Assembly: GCA_964420805.1 (NCBI GenBank)
Contig: CAYQWK010000004.1
Coordinates: 1-46,782 of the forward strand
Source of the DNA: an uncultured Bifidobacteriaceae bacterium
GTDB taxonomy: Bacteria; Verrucomicrobiota; Verrucomicrobiia; Limisphaerales; SIBH01
Reading direction: 5' to 3'
Length of the DNA: 46,782 nt
Shown: positions 1-9,398 of the stretch, in pieces
Layout of the letters: each line of letters opens with the position of its first letter
Position numbering within the stretch: position 1 is the stretch's first letter
The notes under the pieces: generated by a model
Seen by the model: the letters and a program-made list of their open reading frames with translations, nothing else
The model's database searches: none
Told to the model about the DNA's origin: nothing
Made by a program: the position numbers and the translations under genes

Positions 1-91
1 AGACGAAATGCGGCAGTGCGAATCCCGCCGCGCCGGCGGCGGCGGTCTTTTGGAGGAACTTGCGGCGGTTGAGGAGCGGGATCGTCTTCAT
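1..91 (-). CDS. 5' end of a Tat-exported protein (partial, continues beyond the window start)
   Basis: The reverse complement of 1..91 begins with ATG (91..89) and reads MKTIPLLNRRKFLQKTAAAGAAGFALPHFV. This is a twin-arginine motif (N-R-R-K-F-L) followed by an Ala/Gly-rich h-region. This N-terminus style is common on periplasmic Gfo/Idh/MocA-type oxidoreductases, but the mature domain lies outside the window. Confidence 0.45.
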   Translation of the reverse strand, partial: MKTIPLLNRRKFLQKTAAAGAAGFALPHFV

Positions 92-203
92 GGGATTGTG
101 TATCGACATCAGGATTTCCGCCCACCCGATGGCGCGGCATTGACCGGACTCAACGAAAGTTCGCGTCCCTGATGCCACCGTTTGCCGCGAAATCTCGGAT
201 GCC

Positions 204-3200
204 ATGAATGCCAGAAACTTGATCTCACAAATTGCGTGCCTGGGCTTCCTCGCCCTCCCTGTCGGCGGCGCCTCGCAAACCGTCTCTCTCGCTGGCAAGT
301 GGCGGTTCGCGCTCGACCGCGCCGATGTGGGCGTGAGCGAACGCTGGTTCGCGCGGGAGTTAAGGGGCTCGATCAAACTGCCCGGGTCGCTGCCGCAACA
401 AGGCATCGGCGACGCGCCGTCGCTCGCGACAAAGTGGACCGGCGGTATTCAGGACCGGAACTGGGCGTCGAATCCGATCTACGCGCCGTACGTGAAGTCG
501 AACGACTTCCATTTCCCGTTCTGGCTCCAGCCGGAGAAATACTATGTGGGCTCGGCGTGGTTTCAGCGGGACATCGACACGCCGAAAGCCTGGGCGGGCC
601 GGCGCGTCGTGCTGACGCTGGAGCGTCCGCACTGGGAAACGCGCGTCTGGGTAGACGGCGCGTTGATCGGGACGAACGACTCGCTTGGCACGCCGCACGA
701 ATATGATTTGGGCGCGCTCGCGGCAGGACGCCACACGCTGACGGTGCGCGTGGACAACCGGATGGTTGTCGATGTGGGCCACGACTCGCACAGCGTCACC
801 GATCACACGCAGGGGAATTGGAATGGCATCGTCGGCAACATTCATCTGCGCTCACACGCCGCCGTGTGGGTGGATGATCTTCAGGTGTTCCCGAATCTCG
901 CGCGGGGCCTGGTCAGCGTGCGCGGACGCATCGCCAACGCGACCGGACAAGCCGGGCAGGGAACGCTCGTCGTGCAGGTGGCCGAAGCCATTGAGCGCGG
1001 AACGTTTGAGCCGCCGCCGCAGGTGAAGGTGCCGATAAACTGGACTGCGGAAGGCGGCGCCTTCGAGGCCGAGGTTCACGTGCCTTCGCCAAAGGCGTGG
1101 GACGAATTCCACCCGGCGCTCTACAACGCCGAGGCGTGGGTGGAAGAACGCCAGGGGCCAAGGGACGCGCGGGTTGCGTTGTTTGGCTTCCGCGAGATTT
1201 CCACTCAGGGCACGCAGTTCCTCATCAACGGGCGGAAGACGTTCTTCCGGGGCACGCTCGAATGCGCGATTTTCCCGAAGACCGGCCATCCGCCGACAGA
1301 CCTCGATTCGTGGCGGCGCATCATCCGCGTGGCCAAGGCGCACGGGTTGAACATGATCCGCTTTCACTCGTGGTGCCCGCCCGAGGCGGCTTTTGTGGCG
1401 GCGGATGAACTGGGCTTCTACTACCAGGTCGAGGTTTCCTCGTGGGCCAACTCGACAACGTCGCTCGGGGACGGCAAGCCGGTGGAGGCGTGGCTCTACG
1501 CCGAAGCCGCGCGGATGCTCAAGGCGTATGGCAATCATCCTTCGTTCGTGCTCATGCCCTACGGCAACGAGCCGGGCGGCAGGAACCACGCGCGCTGGCT
1601 GGCGTCCTGGGTTGAGCATTGGAAGAAGGCGGACGCGCGCCGGCTCTACACCAGCGGCGCGGGCTGGCCGCAGATCGCGGAGAATCAATTCCACGTCACG
1701 CCCGACCCGCGCGTTCAGGCGTGGGGCGGCGGGCTGCGCTCGCGCATCAACTCGAAGCCGCCGGAGACGGTGACGGATTACCGCGACTACATAGGCCGGC
1801 GCACCGTCCCGGTGATCAGCCACGAGATCGGGCAATGGTGCGTGTATCCGAACTTCGACGAGATCAAGAAATACACCGGCTACTTGAAGCCGAGGAACTT
1901 TGAGATCTTCCGCGACACGCTGCGGAAAAATCATCTCGGCGACCAGGCCCGCGATTTTCTGCACGCCAGTGGGAAGCTCCAGACGCTTTGCTACAAGGAG
2001 GACATCGAGGCGGCGTTGCGCACGCCGGGCATGGGCGGGTTTCAGTTGCTGGACCTGCACGACTTTCCCGGCCAGGGCACCGCGCTGGTTGGCGTGCTCG
2101 ATCCGTTCTGGGAGGAGAAGGGCTATGTGACACCGGCGGAGTTCAGCCGCTTCTGCAACGCGACCGTGCCGCTGGCGCGGTTGGAGAAGAGGGTGTTCAC
2201 ACAAGATGAAATCATGCGCGCGTCATTCGATGTCGCGCATTTCGGGCCGGAACCCCTGTCAAATGTCTGGCCGACCGTGAAGTTCGTAGCCGCTGACGGG
2301 AAGACATACCTGAAAGGCCACGACAGTCTGCGCGACATCGAAGTGGGCGACCAGGACACGTTGAGCGAGTTCAACTATGTCCTCTCGAACCTGCCCGCCC
2401 CGGCGCGTTACACCTTCACGCTCGGTATCGCGCGACATCCGGATGGACGGGACACCATTGCCGAGAACGGCTGGGACATTTGGGTCTATCCGCCCCGTGT
2501 GTCGGACGCCGCGCCCGCCGATGTCACGATCACGCATGAACTCGACGACGCGGCGATGCAGAAACTCAACGCCGGTGGCAAGGTGCTCCTGCTCGTTCCG
2601 CCTTCGCGCGTTGCGCCGGACAAGCGACTCGGCAAAGTCGCGCTCGGATTCTCCAGCATCTTCTGGAACACCGCGTGGACTCACCGCCAGCCGCCGCACA
2701 CGCTGGGGATTCTCTGCGACCCGAAGCATCCGCTTTTCGCCTCATTCCCCACCGAACCGCACAGCAACTGGCAGTGGTGGTATCTCATCACCCGCGCCGG
2801 CGCGATGATCCTCGACGACCTGCCTGCCGACGTGCGCCCGCAGGTGCAGGTGATCGACGACTGGGTAACCAACCGGCGGCTTGGCCTGTTCTTCGAGGCA
2901 AGAGTGAGCGGCGGTAAACTCGCCGTGTGCAGTATCGACCTCGACGGCGACTTGAGCACAAACCCCGTCGCCCGGCAGTTCCGCGCCAGCCTTTTCGGAT
3001 ATCTGGCGGGAGAAAAGTTCGCGCCGCGAACGAAGGTCGCGCCGGAACAAATCCGCGCGCTGTTCTCCGCGCCATCGGCCATGGAACGACTCGGCGCGCG
3101 TGTTTTGAAAGCCAGCAGCGAGGAACACGGATTCGAGGCGGCCAACGCCATCGATGGCAACGTGAACACGATGTGGCACACCGCCTACCAGAACTCGAAG

Positions 3201-3506
3201 CCCGCGCACCCGCACGAATTGCAGCTTCAGTTCAACGAACCCGCGACCATCCGCGCCTTCACCATCACACCGCGTCAGGACGGAAACCGAAACGGCTGGA
3301 TCAAGGACTACGCCATCTTTGTCAGCGACGATCCGGCGCACTGGGGCGCGCCAGTGGCGCGTGGAACATTCGCGCGCGACAGCGCCATGAAGACCGTCAC
3401 GCTCGCGACTCCGGCGCGCGGGCTTTTCGTGAAGTTCGTCGCGTTATCGGGCTTCGATGGCCAGCCGTATGTGGCGCTGGCGGAGTTTGGGATGATGACG
3501 GAGTGA
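204..3506 (+). CDS. Secreted glycoside hydrolase, GH2-like, with a C-terminal F5/8 type C (discoidin) carbohydrate-binding module
   Basis: 1100-aa ORF with a signal peptide (MNARNLISQIACLGFLALPVGGASQ). It has a GH2-style sugar-binding N-domain (HEYDLGALAAGRHTLTVRVDN). A linker (FGFREISTQGTQFLINGRKTFFRGT) leads into a TIM-barrel region with HGLNMIRFHSW, YGNEPGG and SHEIGQW. The C-terminal discoidin module runs AIDGNVNTMWHT...VALAEFGMM. Confidence 0.8.
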   Translation: MNARNLISQIACLGFLALPVGGASQTVSLAGKWRFALDRADVGVSERWFARELRGSIKLPGSLPQQGIGDAPSLATKWTGGIQDRNWASNPIYAPYVKSNDFHFPFWLQPEKYYVGSAWFQRDIDTPKAWAGRRVVLTLERPHWETRVWVDGALIGTNDSLGTPHEYDLGALAAGRHTLTVRVDNRMVVDVGHDSHSVTDHTQGNWNGIVGNIHLRSHAAVWVDDLQVFPNLARGLVSVRGRIANATGQAGQGTLVVQVAEAIERGTFEPPPQVKVPINWTAEGGAFEAEVHVPSPKAWDEFHPALYNAEAWVEERQGPRDARVALFGFREISTQGTQFLINGRKTFFRGTLECAIFPKTGHPPTDLDSWRRIIRVAKAHGLNMIRFHSWCPPEAAFVAADELGFYYQVEVSSWANSTTSLGDGKPVEAWLYAEAARMLKAYGNHPSFVLMPYGNEPGGRNHARWLASWVEHWKKADARRLYTSGAGWPQIAENQFHVTPDPRVQAWGGGLRSRINSKPPETVTDYRDYIGRRTVPVISHEIGQWCVYPNFDEIKKYTGYLKPRNFEIFRDTLRKNHLGDQARDFLHASGKLQTLCYKEDIEAALRTPGMGGFQLLDLHDFPGQGTALVGVLDPFWEEKGYVTPAEFSRFCNATVPLARLEKRVFTQDEIMRASFDVAHFGPEPLSNVWPTVKFVAADGKTYLKGHDSLRDIEVGDQDTLSEFNYVLSNLPAPARYTFTLGIARHPDGRDTIAENGWDIWVYPPRVSDAAPADVTITHELDDAAMQKLNAGGKVLLLVPPSRVAPDKRLGKVALGFSSIFWNTAWTHRQPPHTLGILCDPKHPLFASFPTEPHSNWQWWYLITRAGAMILDDLPADVRPQVQVIDDWVTNRRLGLFFEARVSGGKLAVCSIDLDGDLSTNPVARQFRASLFGYLAGEKFAPRTKVAPEQIRALFSAPSAMERLGARVLKASSEEHGFEAANAIDGNVNTMWHTAYQNSKPAHPHELQLQFNEPATIRAFTITPRQDGNRNGWIKDYAIFVSDDPAHWGAPVARGTFARDSAMKTVTLATPARGLFVKFVALSGFDGQPYVALAEFGMMTE

Positions 3507-3545
3507 TGAATCTGGCGACGGTCCGCCAATGTCGCCGGTGGAGGA

Positions 3546-4451
3546 TTACTTCGTGGTGGTCGCGAGTTGCGCGTGTTCGCGCCAGCGGTCAGGGAGGCGT
3601 TCCGGGTAGTTCTCCGCCACGTAGTCGTAGGTGTCGGAAAAGTGCGCGGCAATCTTCGCCAGTTCGTTGGTGCCGAGATCGATGGATTTGCTGACGTTGA
3701 CGCGTGAGCCGGGATCGCCGGGGATGAAATCAATACCGAGGAAATCCGTGAGCCGGCGGAGTTCGGAGGCGTGAGTCGTCTCGCTCATGAGGTGTTCGTA
3801 GAAGAGAACGCAGATTTCCTGCGGTGGCACGACATGGAGCAGTTCGGTGAGTGTCCGCTTGTAATCCGTGCGCTGGGTCACCTTGGCGTTGGCTAGTTCG
3901 GCCGTGGCCTGGGCGCTGGCGCTGAATTCTTCGACCCCGACGAGGGTTTCCTTGTAGCGGAGGGCCGACCAGTAGCGGTCCACCGGGTCGCGCATGATAA
4001 ACACGAACTTTGCGCCGGGAATAAGGTCGCGAATTGCTCGGAAACCGGAGGCATCGAGCAGGGAATAGGACGGGGTGATCTCGCCGACGACGCGGTGTTG
4101 CGGTTCTGCGACCAGGTTAAAGAAGTCGATGTAGCGGCGCGGATCCCAGGTCATTTCCGTGCGCAGGCAGAGGCAGCGGAGCCGCTTGATTTGCTCGCGG
4201 GCCGGGTGTTCGCCGATACGGCCGGCAAGTTCCTTCAAGCGGTCGGAGTATTTTTGGTTGAAGAGCGTGCAAAGGTCGGGGCGATGAACCGAGTCAAAGA
4301 AATGGAGTTCCTTGAAGGGGGAAAACCCGACTTGCGGATGGGCATCGAGGTACTCGGCGAGCCAGGAGGTGCCGGCCTTTTGCGCGCCGATGCCGACAAA
4401 GCAGGGCTTGCTCATGGCGGGCCAGGTGGAGCGGGCGGGCTGTATTTTCAT
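3546..4451 (-). CDS. Sulfotransferase family protein
   Basis: 301-aa ORF. It carries the PAPS 5'-phosphosulfate loop IGAQKAGTSWL and a 3'-phosphate-binding motif IMRDPVDRYWSALRY. An alternative start at MSKP lies 12 codons downstream. Confidence 0.8.
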   Translation of the reverse strand: MKIQPARSTWPAMSKPCFVGIGAQKAGTSWLAEYLDAHPQVGFSPFKELHFFDSVHRPDLCTLFNQKYSDRLKELAGRIGEHPAREQIKRLRCLCLRTEMTWDPRRYIDFFNLVAEPQHRVVGEITPSYSLLDASGFRAIRDLIPGAKFVFIMRDPVDRYWSALRYKETLVGVEEFSASAQATAELANAKVTQRTDYKRTLTELLHVVPPQEICVLFYEHLMSETTHASELRRLTDFLGIDFIPGDPGSRVNVSKSIDLGTNELAKIAAHFSDTYDYVAENYPERLPDRWREHAQLATTTK

Positions 4452-4523
4452 GAGGATGCTGGTCGCGGCCTACTCATGCGGGTGGCCGGATGAAATGCGA
4501 AATAGTGTCGCCATGAAGCGACG

Positions 4524-6149
4524 ATGAAATGTCGGCTGTGCGGCTCGCAACGCAAAAGCGTGGAGACGCCGCCGGGAACTGACAAAGCTTTTGCCAGACG
4601 ACCGATTTGGAGTAGCGTGGCGGCTCTTGTGAATTCCACGATCATACGAACGCTGCTGGTGTACGGGATTGTCCTGCCGCTGGCGGTGATGGTGGGCTGG
4701 ATGTTGAGCAGCCCGCTGGAAATGAAGAGCGCGGCGGTGGTGGGTGGCGTGATGTTCATGCTGCTTTTGCCCCTGATTCTGGCGCATCACTATGCCTTGC
4801 TGCTCTTCAGTTGGAACGCGCTGATCGTGGCTTTCTTCGTGCCGGGCCAGCCGATGTTCTGGACGGTGATGGTTGCGGTGAACCTGGCCATGGCAGTGGC
4901 GTACCGGATTTTGCAGCGGCGGCCGACTTTCATCTCCGCGCCTTCGGTCACTCTGACGTTGGCGGCGTTTGCGGTGGTTGTGTTGTTTACCGCCAAGGTG
5001 AATGGCGGCCTGGGCGCGCGCATGTTCGGGAGCGGAACGTACGGCGCAAAAGGCTATTTCTATTTGTTGGCCAGTTTGGCGGGGTACTTCGCGCTGGCCA
5101 GCCAGCCAATCCCCTTCGAGCGGTTGAACCGGTACATCGGCTATTTCAATTTGTCCGCCACATTGAGCGTGGTCAGTAACCTGTTGTTCTTCTTTCCGGC
5201 ACTCTGGTTCCTTTACACGATCTTTCCCTCTACGCTGGCAATGGCGCAGGCGCAGGCGCAGTACAGTGGCGGCATGTTCACCCGGCTCGGCGGATTCTCG
5301 ATTGCGGCCGTGGCAGTGGTTCAATATCTCCTGATGCGATACGGCGTGTCGGGCATTCTCCGCGATTGGCGGAAGATCGTATTGTTCGGCGCGCTGGTGT
5401 TTTTGAGCATGTGGGGTGGTTTCCGGTCTTCGCTGCTGCTTATTTTCACGATGGTGGGGGTGCTGTATCTGTTTGAGGGTCTTTTCCTGACGCGGTGGAC
5501 TTTGGCCGCCTTGTTCCTGGCCGGTTGTGGCTATACGGCGCTATTTGTCGGCGCGAAGAAGCTTCCGCTCAACATGCAGCGCGCGGTTTCCGTGTTGCAT
5601 GTCGATGTGGACCCCGCCGCGGTCGCGGACGCGCGCGCGTCCTCGGAATGGCGGGTGCGCATGTGGATGGCAGTGCTGCCGGATTTGCCGAAATATGTCT
5701 GGGTCGGCAAAGGCTTCTCAATGAACCCGACTGAAATGGCGCTGACTCAGGAATCGGTGCGGCGCGGCCTGGCTCCCGACTACCAGAATTCACTTGTCGC
5801 CGGTGATTATCACAACGGGCCACTTTCACTCTATATTCCGTTCGGCCTCCCGGGCGTTGTGACTTTCGCCGCGTTCCTGATCGCGGGACTGCGCGCGTTG
5901 TGGCGTAACTACAAGTTCGGCGACCAGCGCCTGCTGACTATCAACCGCTTTCTTCTGGCCTCGTATGTAGTGCGCATCATCATGTTCCTTTTCGTATTCG
6001 GATCGATGCGCTCGGACGTGGCGACGTTCACGGGCCTGGTTGGTCTGAGTGTGGCGTTGAATCGGGGCATTTGCTCGGCGTCCCAACAGGCGAAAATTGC
6101 ACAGCCCGTCGCCTCCGGCACGGTTGGCCTCCAGCCCGGGATGGCATGA
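4524..6149 (+). CDS. O-antigen ligase/polymerase-like (Wzy_C-type) polytopic membrane protein
   Basis: 541-aa ORF with more than 10 hydrophobic helices. A loop carries SEWRVRMWMAVLPDLPKYVWVGKGFS (R..W....P..G.G pattern), followed by GDYHNGPLSLYIPFGLPGVV (H-N..L...G..G pattern). Both are typical of WaaL/Wzy_C proteins. Confidence 0.65.
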   Translation: MKCRLCGSQRKSVETPPGTDKAFARRPIWSSVAALVNSTIIRTLLVYGIVLPLAVMVGWMLSSPLEMKSAAVVGGVMFMLLLPLILAHHYALLLFSWNALIVAFFVPGQPMFWTVMVAVNLAMAVAYRILQRRPTFISAPSVTLTLAAFAVVVLFTAKVNGGLGARMFGSGTYGAKGYFYLLASLAGYFALASQPIPFERLNRYIGYFNLSATLSVVSNLLFFFPALWFLYTIFPSTLAMAQAQAQYSGGMFTRLGGFSIAAVAVVQYLLMRYGVSGILRDWRKIVLFGALVFLSMWGGFRSSLLLIFTMVGVLYLFEGLFLTRWTLAALFLAGCGYTALFVGAKKLPLNMQRAVSVLHVDVDPAAVADARASSEWRVRMWMAVLPDLPKYVWVGKGFSMNPTEMALTQESVRRGLAPDYQNSLVAGDYHNGPLSLYIPFGLPGVVTFAAFLIAGLRALWRNYKFGDQRLLTINRFLLASYVVRIIMFLFVFGSMRSDVATFTGLVGLSVALNRGICSASQQAKIAQPVASGTVGLQPGMA

Positions 6150-6256
6150 GCGCGGTCGCGCCTCACGCACCGCGCGTATCGGCCGCGATTCGGAATCTGG
6201 CACGGTTGTTTTCTCACTTCCGCCCCGAACCCTGTTTCGCTAGGGTGCCTGCACTT

Positions 6257-6817
6257 ATGGCACTTGATGACATCCTGTTGGAAGCGGAGGAGAAGATGAT
6301 GAAGACCGAGCAGGTGGTGCAGCACGAGTTCAGCGGCTTGCGCACCGGCAAGGCTTCGCCCGCGTTGGTCGAGAACATCATGGTGGAGGTCTATGGCTCG
6401 CACATGCGTATCCGTGAGTTGGCCGGCATCACCACTCCCGAGTCCCGCCAAATCCTGATCCAACCGTGGGACATGCAGACAACAGGGCCCATCGAGAAGG
6501 CCATCCAGAAGTCCAATTTAGGCATCAACCCGGCGGTGCAAGGAAAAGCCATCCGCATCGTGCTCCCCGACTTGAGTCAGGAACGCCGGCATGAATTGGT
6601 GAAGATTGCGCGTAAAATGACTGAGGACGGTCGCGTCGCCGTCCGCCATGTGCGCCGCGATGCCATTGAGCACATCAAGAAGGAATCCAAGAGCGGTGGC
6701 GTTTCCGAGGAGGACGTGAAGCACGCCGAGACCGAGGTTCAGAAACTCACCGATCAATACATTGCCAAGATCGAGGAGCACCTTGCGCACAAGGAAAAGG
6801 AAATCATGACCGTTTGA
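6257..6817 (+). CDS. frr: Ribosome recycling factor
   Basis: From ATG 6257 the ORF reads MALDDILLEAEEKMMKTEQVVQHEFSGLRTGKASPALVENIMVEVYGSHMRIRELAGITTPESRQILIQPWD...RRDAIEHIKK. This is full-length RRF at about 186 aa. The 62 codons upstream in the tracked ORF (6071) have no RRF similarity. Confidence 0.95.
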   Translation: MALDDILLEAEEKMMKTEQVVQHEFSGLRTGKASPALVENIMVEVYGSHMRIRELAGITTPESRQILIQPWDMQTTGPIEKAIQKSNLGINPAVQGKAIRIVLPDLSQERRHELVKIARKMTEDGRVAVRHVRRDAIEHIKKESKSGGVSEEDVKHAETEVQKLTDQYIAKIEEHLAHKEKEIMTV

Positions 6818-6840
6818 CGGTCGTGTTGGAAACGGCGCCT

Positions 6841-7050
6841 ATGTCTGATTTTAAGTTTCAATGCCCGCACTGCCAACAAAAGCTCCAGTGCAGCGAGAAG
6901 ATGTCCGGGCGGCAGATCGTCTGCCCGTCCTGCAACCATCTCATCACCATCCCGGCGGTTCCTGGCCGGACCGTTGAGCACAAGCCTGAGGTTGGCAACA
7001 CTTGGGCGACTTTTCCGCCGCGGCCGCTGCCCAAGAAGCCGGACGCATGA
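6841..7050 (+). CDS. Small zinc-ribbon protein (CxxC...CxxC) with a Pro-rich tail
   Basis: From ATG 6841 it reads MSDFKFQCPHCQQKLQCSEKMSGRQIVCPSCNHLITIP. Two CxxC pairs form a classic zinc ribbon. The tracked start at 6814 is a TTG overlapping the frr stop. Confidence 0.6.
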   Translation: MSDFKFQCPHCQQKLQCSEKMSGRQIVCPSCNHLITIPAVPGRTVEHKPEVGNTWATFPPRPLPKKPDA

Positions 7051-7182
7051 AAGCCGAAGCCGCGGTTTGTTTTGGCAGAGAACCGAACTTCAGGCTCCCA
7101 ACCAGGCGCTGATCACCTCATCGGCACCTCATCCCGTAGAAATTGGTTTGCCTGCCGCGCGCGCGCCGGGAACAGTGTCTCC

Positions 7183-8571
7183 ATGCGCGTGAGACTTCTC
7201 CTTCTGCTCTCGATCGTGCTGAACGTTGCCTTGGCGGCCGCGTTCTTCGGCTGGTTCAGCTTGCAGCCCAAGAACGTGGTCTCCGTGCCGCGCCCCGTGG
7301 TGGTGTCCCCCGTCAATACCAACGTCGTGCGCATCATCAAGACAAACGTCCTCGTCCGTCCGCGTACCTTCATGTGGCAGGAGGTCGAGACTCCCGACTA
7401 CGTTGCTTACGTGCAGAACTTGCGCAGTCTCGGTATGCCTGAAACCACAGTGCGTGACATCATTGTCGCCGACGTTGACCAGATCTTCGCGCGGCGGCGG
7501 CGCGAAGAGGCGGCGTCGCAGGATATCGAATGGTGGCGCGCCGAACCGAGCGACTCCTTTCAATCCAATGCGCTTGCCCGTGCCACCGCCCTTGATGCTG
7601 ACCGTGAAGCTTTGCTCACACGGTTGCTCGGGGAGAATTGGAAGCGGGACCGCGAGACACCTGCGACCGAGGCCATTCCGCTGGCAGGGGAAATTTTGGG
7701 CGCACTGCCCGAGGACGTGAAACAATCCGTGCGCAAAATCGCGTCGCTCGCCGGCCAGCGGGCCGCAGAGTACATTGGGCAGATGGACTCCCAAGGCCGT
7801 CCGGTGAACGAGTTCGAATTGGCGAAGCTGCGCGAACAAACCCGCGAAGAACTCGCCAAAGTCCTCAACGCTCAGCAGCTTGAGGAGTTTCTGCTCCGCT
7901 ATTCCAACAACGCCAACCGCCTGCGCGCCCAGTTCGCCGGCCTGCCGCTCTCCCCCGAGGACTTTCGCGCCTTGTTCCGCGCCACGGACAAGATCGACCG
8001 CGATCTCGAACTCAAGCTCATTGGAGACGATCCTGATTCGCAACGTCAGAGGGCGGCTCTCGAACAGGAGCGTGCCTCGGTTATCGCGAAAATTCTCGGT
8101 GCCGAACGTTTTGAGACGTTCGCGATGATGGGGGATCCGGACTACAAGGAGGCCCTGGCACTGGCCGGTCGCATCGGAGCGAACAAGGAGACCGCCACTG
8201 CCCTGTACGAGATCAGCAAGGCGACCAAGGAAGAGGTGGATCGTGTCACGGGCGATGCCTCGTTGAGCGCGGCCGAAAAGCAGCAGCAACTTCGTGAAAT
8301 CGAACTGGACCAACAACGGGCCCGCGCCATGCTCCTCGGTGAGCAAACGGTCGCCGATCCGCCGCCGCCGCAACCATCGGCCCCGCCGCTGCGCGTCCAT
8401 GCCAAGGAACCCGGCGAGACACTGGGGGAAATGGCGTTTCGCTTTCGGGTCAGCATTCGCGACATTCGTGAGGCGAATCCCGGGCTGGACATCAACCGCG
8501 TTCCCGCAGGCGTGCCGATCAACATTCCCTATCCGGCTCAGCCGCCGACACCTCCGGTGCTGGCACGTTGA
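7183..8571 (+). CDS. Membrane-anchored protein with a C-terminal LysM domain
   Basis: ATG 7183 gives MRVRLLLLLSIVLNVALAAAFFGWF, a signal anchor. A long charged helical region follows. The C-terminal LysM-like segment is HAKEPGETLGEMAFRFRVSIRDIREANPGLDINRVPAGVPINIPYP. An alternative ATG lies at 7072. Confidence 0.7.
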   Translation: MRVRLLLLLSIVLNVALAAAFFGWFSLQPKNVVSVPRPVVVSPVNTNVVRIIKTNVLVRPRTFMWQEVETPDYVAYVQNLRSLGMPETTVRDIIVADVDQIFARRRREEAASQDIEWWRAEPSDSFQSNALARATALDADREALLTRLLGENWKRDRETPATEAIPLAGEILGALPEDVKQSVRKIASLAGQRAAEYIGQMDSQGRPVNEFELAKLREQTREELAKVLNAQQLEEFLLRYSNNANRLRAQFAGLPLSPEDFRALFRATDKIDRDLELKLIGDDPDSQRQRAALEQERASVIAKILGAERFETFAMMGDPDYKEALALAGRIGANKETATALYEISKATKEEVDRVTGDASLSAAEKQQQLREIELDQQRARAMLLGEQTVADPPPPQPSAPPLRVHAKEPGETLGEMAFRFRVSIRDIREANPGLDINRVPAGVPINIPYPAQPPTPPVLAR

Positions 8572-9285
8572 TCATTTCAATTTGTTCTTGGGCAGTTCCT
8601 GCGGCGGAAGCTGCACCAGTTCCAGCGCGTCTTGCGCCCCTTCGCGAATCTCCGGATCCGGGTCGTTCAGCAGGCCGTTGAGCAAGCCCACCACGCGCTG
8701 GTCTTCGAGGTCGATCAGGCCGTCGATGGCGCTTTGCCTCACTTCGTTTGGCAATCCCTGGCGCACCGCCAGCCCGAGTAGCACCAGCTTCTCGTCTTTG
8801 TAGCCCTCAATGGCCAGCAATGAATCCACGATGTCCACCAGCAACTGCTGGTCGCGCTCGACTTGGAACAATCGCGTCAGCGTGCGAACCGATTCCACGC
8901 CGGGCCGTTCAGCAATCTCCATGATGATGTCGATGCGCGTGTCTTGATTCGTGGTTGCCGCGTAATCCCTCTCCAATGCCGGCAGCGGCTTTGCCAACGG
9001 CGTTTCATCCGGTGGCTCTGGCGGGTTCACGGCACGCTGGTTCGCCGCCTGGACCGCCGCGCTCGCCATTGCGCTGGTGGCCGCCGGGGCGACGGCGGGC
9101 ACCGCGGGAGCCGCTGGTTGCGGCGAATTCGCGACCGGCTGGAGGGGTGTTGCGACCGGCTCCGCCTGCGTTGTCACAACGGATGGCGCGACGGTGCCGC
9201 CCCTCCCGGCGAACTTCGGCAGGAGCAACAATGCGGACAGCGCCACGCACAACACGACGATGGCGATAATGATTGTTCGAGACAT
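8572..9285 (-). CDS. Membrane-anchored HEAT-repeat protein
   Basis: 237-aa ORF with an N-terminal anchor (MSRTIIIAIVVLCVALSALLLLP) and a Pro/Ala linker. HEAT-like repeats follow (VRQSAIDGLIDLEDQRVVGLLNGLLNDPDPEIREGAQDALE). Confidence 0.65.
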   Translation of the reverse strand: MSRTIIIAIVVLCVALSALLLLPKFAGRGGTVAPSVVTTQAEPVATPLQPVANSPQPAAPAVPAVAPAATSAMASAAVQAANQRAVNPPEPPDETPLAKPLPALERDYAATTNQDTRIDIIMEIAERPGVESVRTLTRLFQVERDQQLLVDIVDSLLAIEGYKDEKLVLLGLAVRQGLPNEVRQSAIDGLIDLEDQRVVGLLNGLLNDPDPEIREGAQDALELVQLPPQELPKNKLK

Positions 9286-9398
9286 TCTTTGCTGGCGCAG
9301 AATGTGACCGCGCCGGCGGCGAATTCAAATTTGATTTTCGCCTCCGGCCACCGGTAGCCTCCGCGCCTTTAATACAACAACACAGCGAAAGAAAAGTT

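Noticed and set aside
360-2204. Antisense ORFs of 161 to 450 aa inside the GH2-like gene.
   Set aside because: These are the same GC-rich shadow-frame artefact. The plus-strand frame carries the signal peptide and the glycosidase and discoidin motifs.
6198-6213. TGGCACGGTTGTTTTC upstream of frr.
   Set aside because: The -24 half is good, but the -12 position reads TTTT instead of TTGC. The invariant GC is missing.
8569-8574. TGATCA palindrome formed by the back-to-back stop codons of the LysM and HEAT genes.
   Set aside because: This is real in the sequence but is most simply a coincidence of two abutting stops. On its own it has no evident regulatory meaning.
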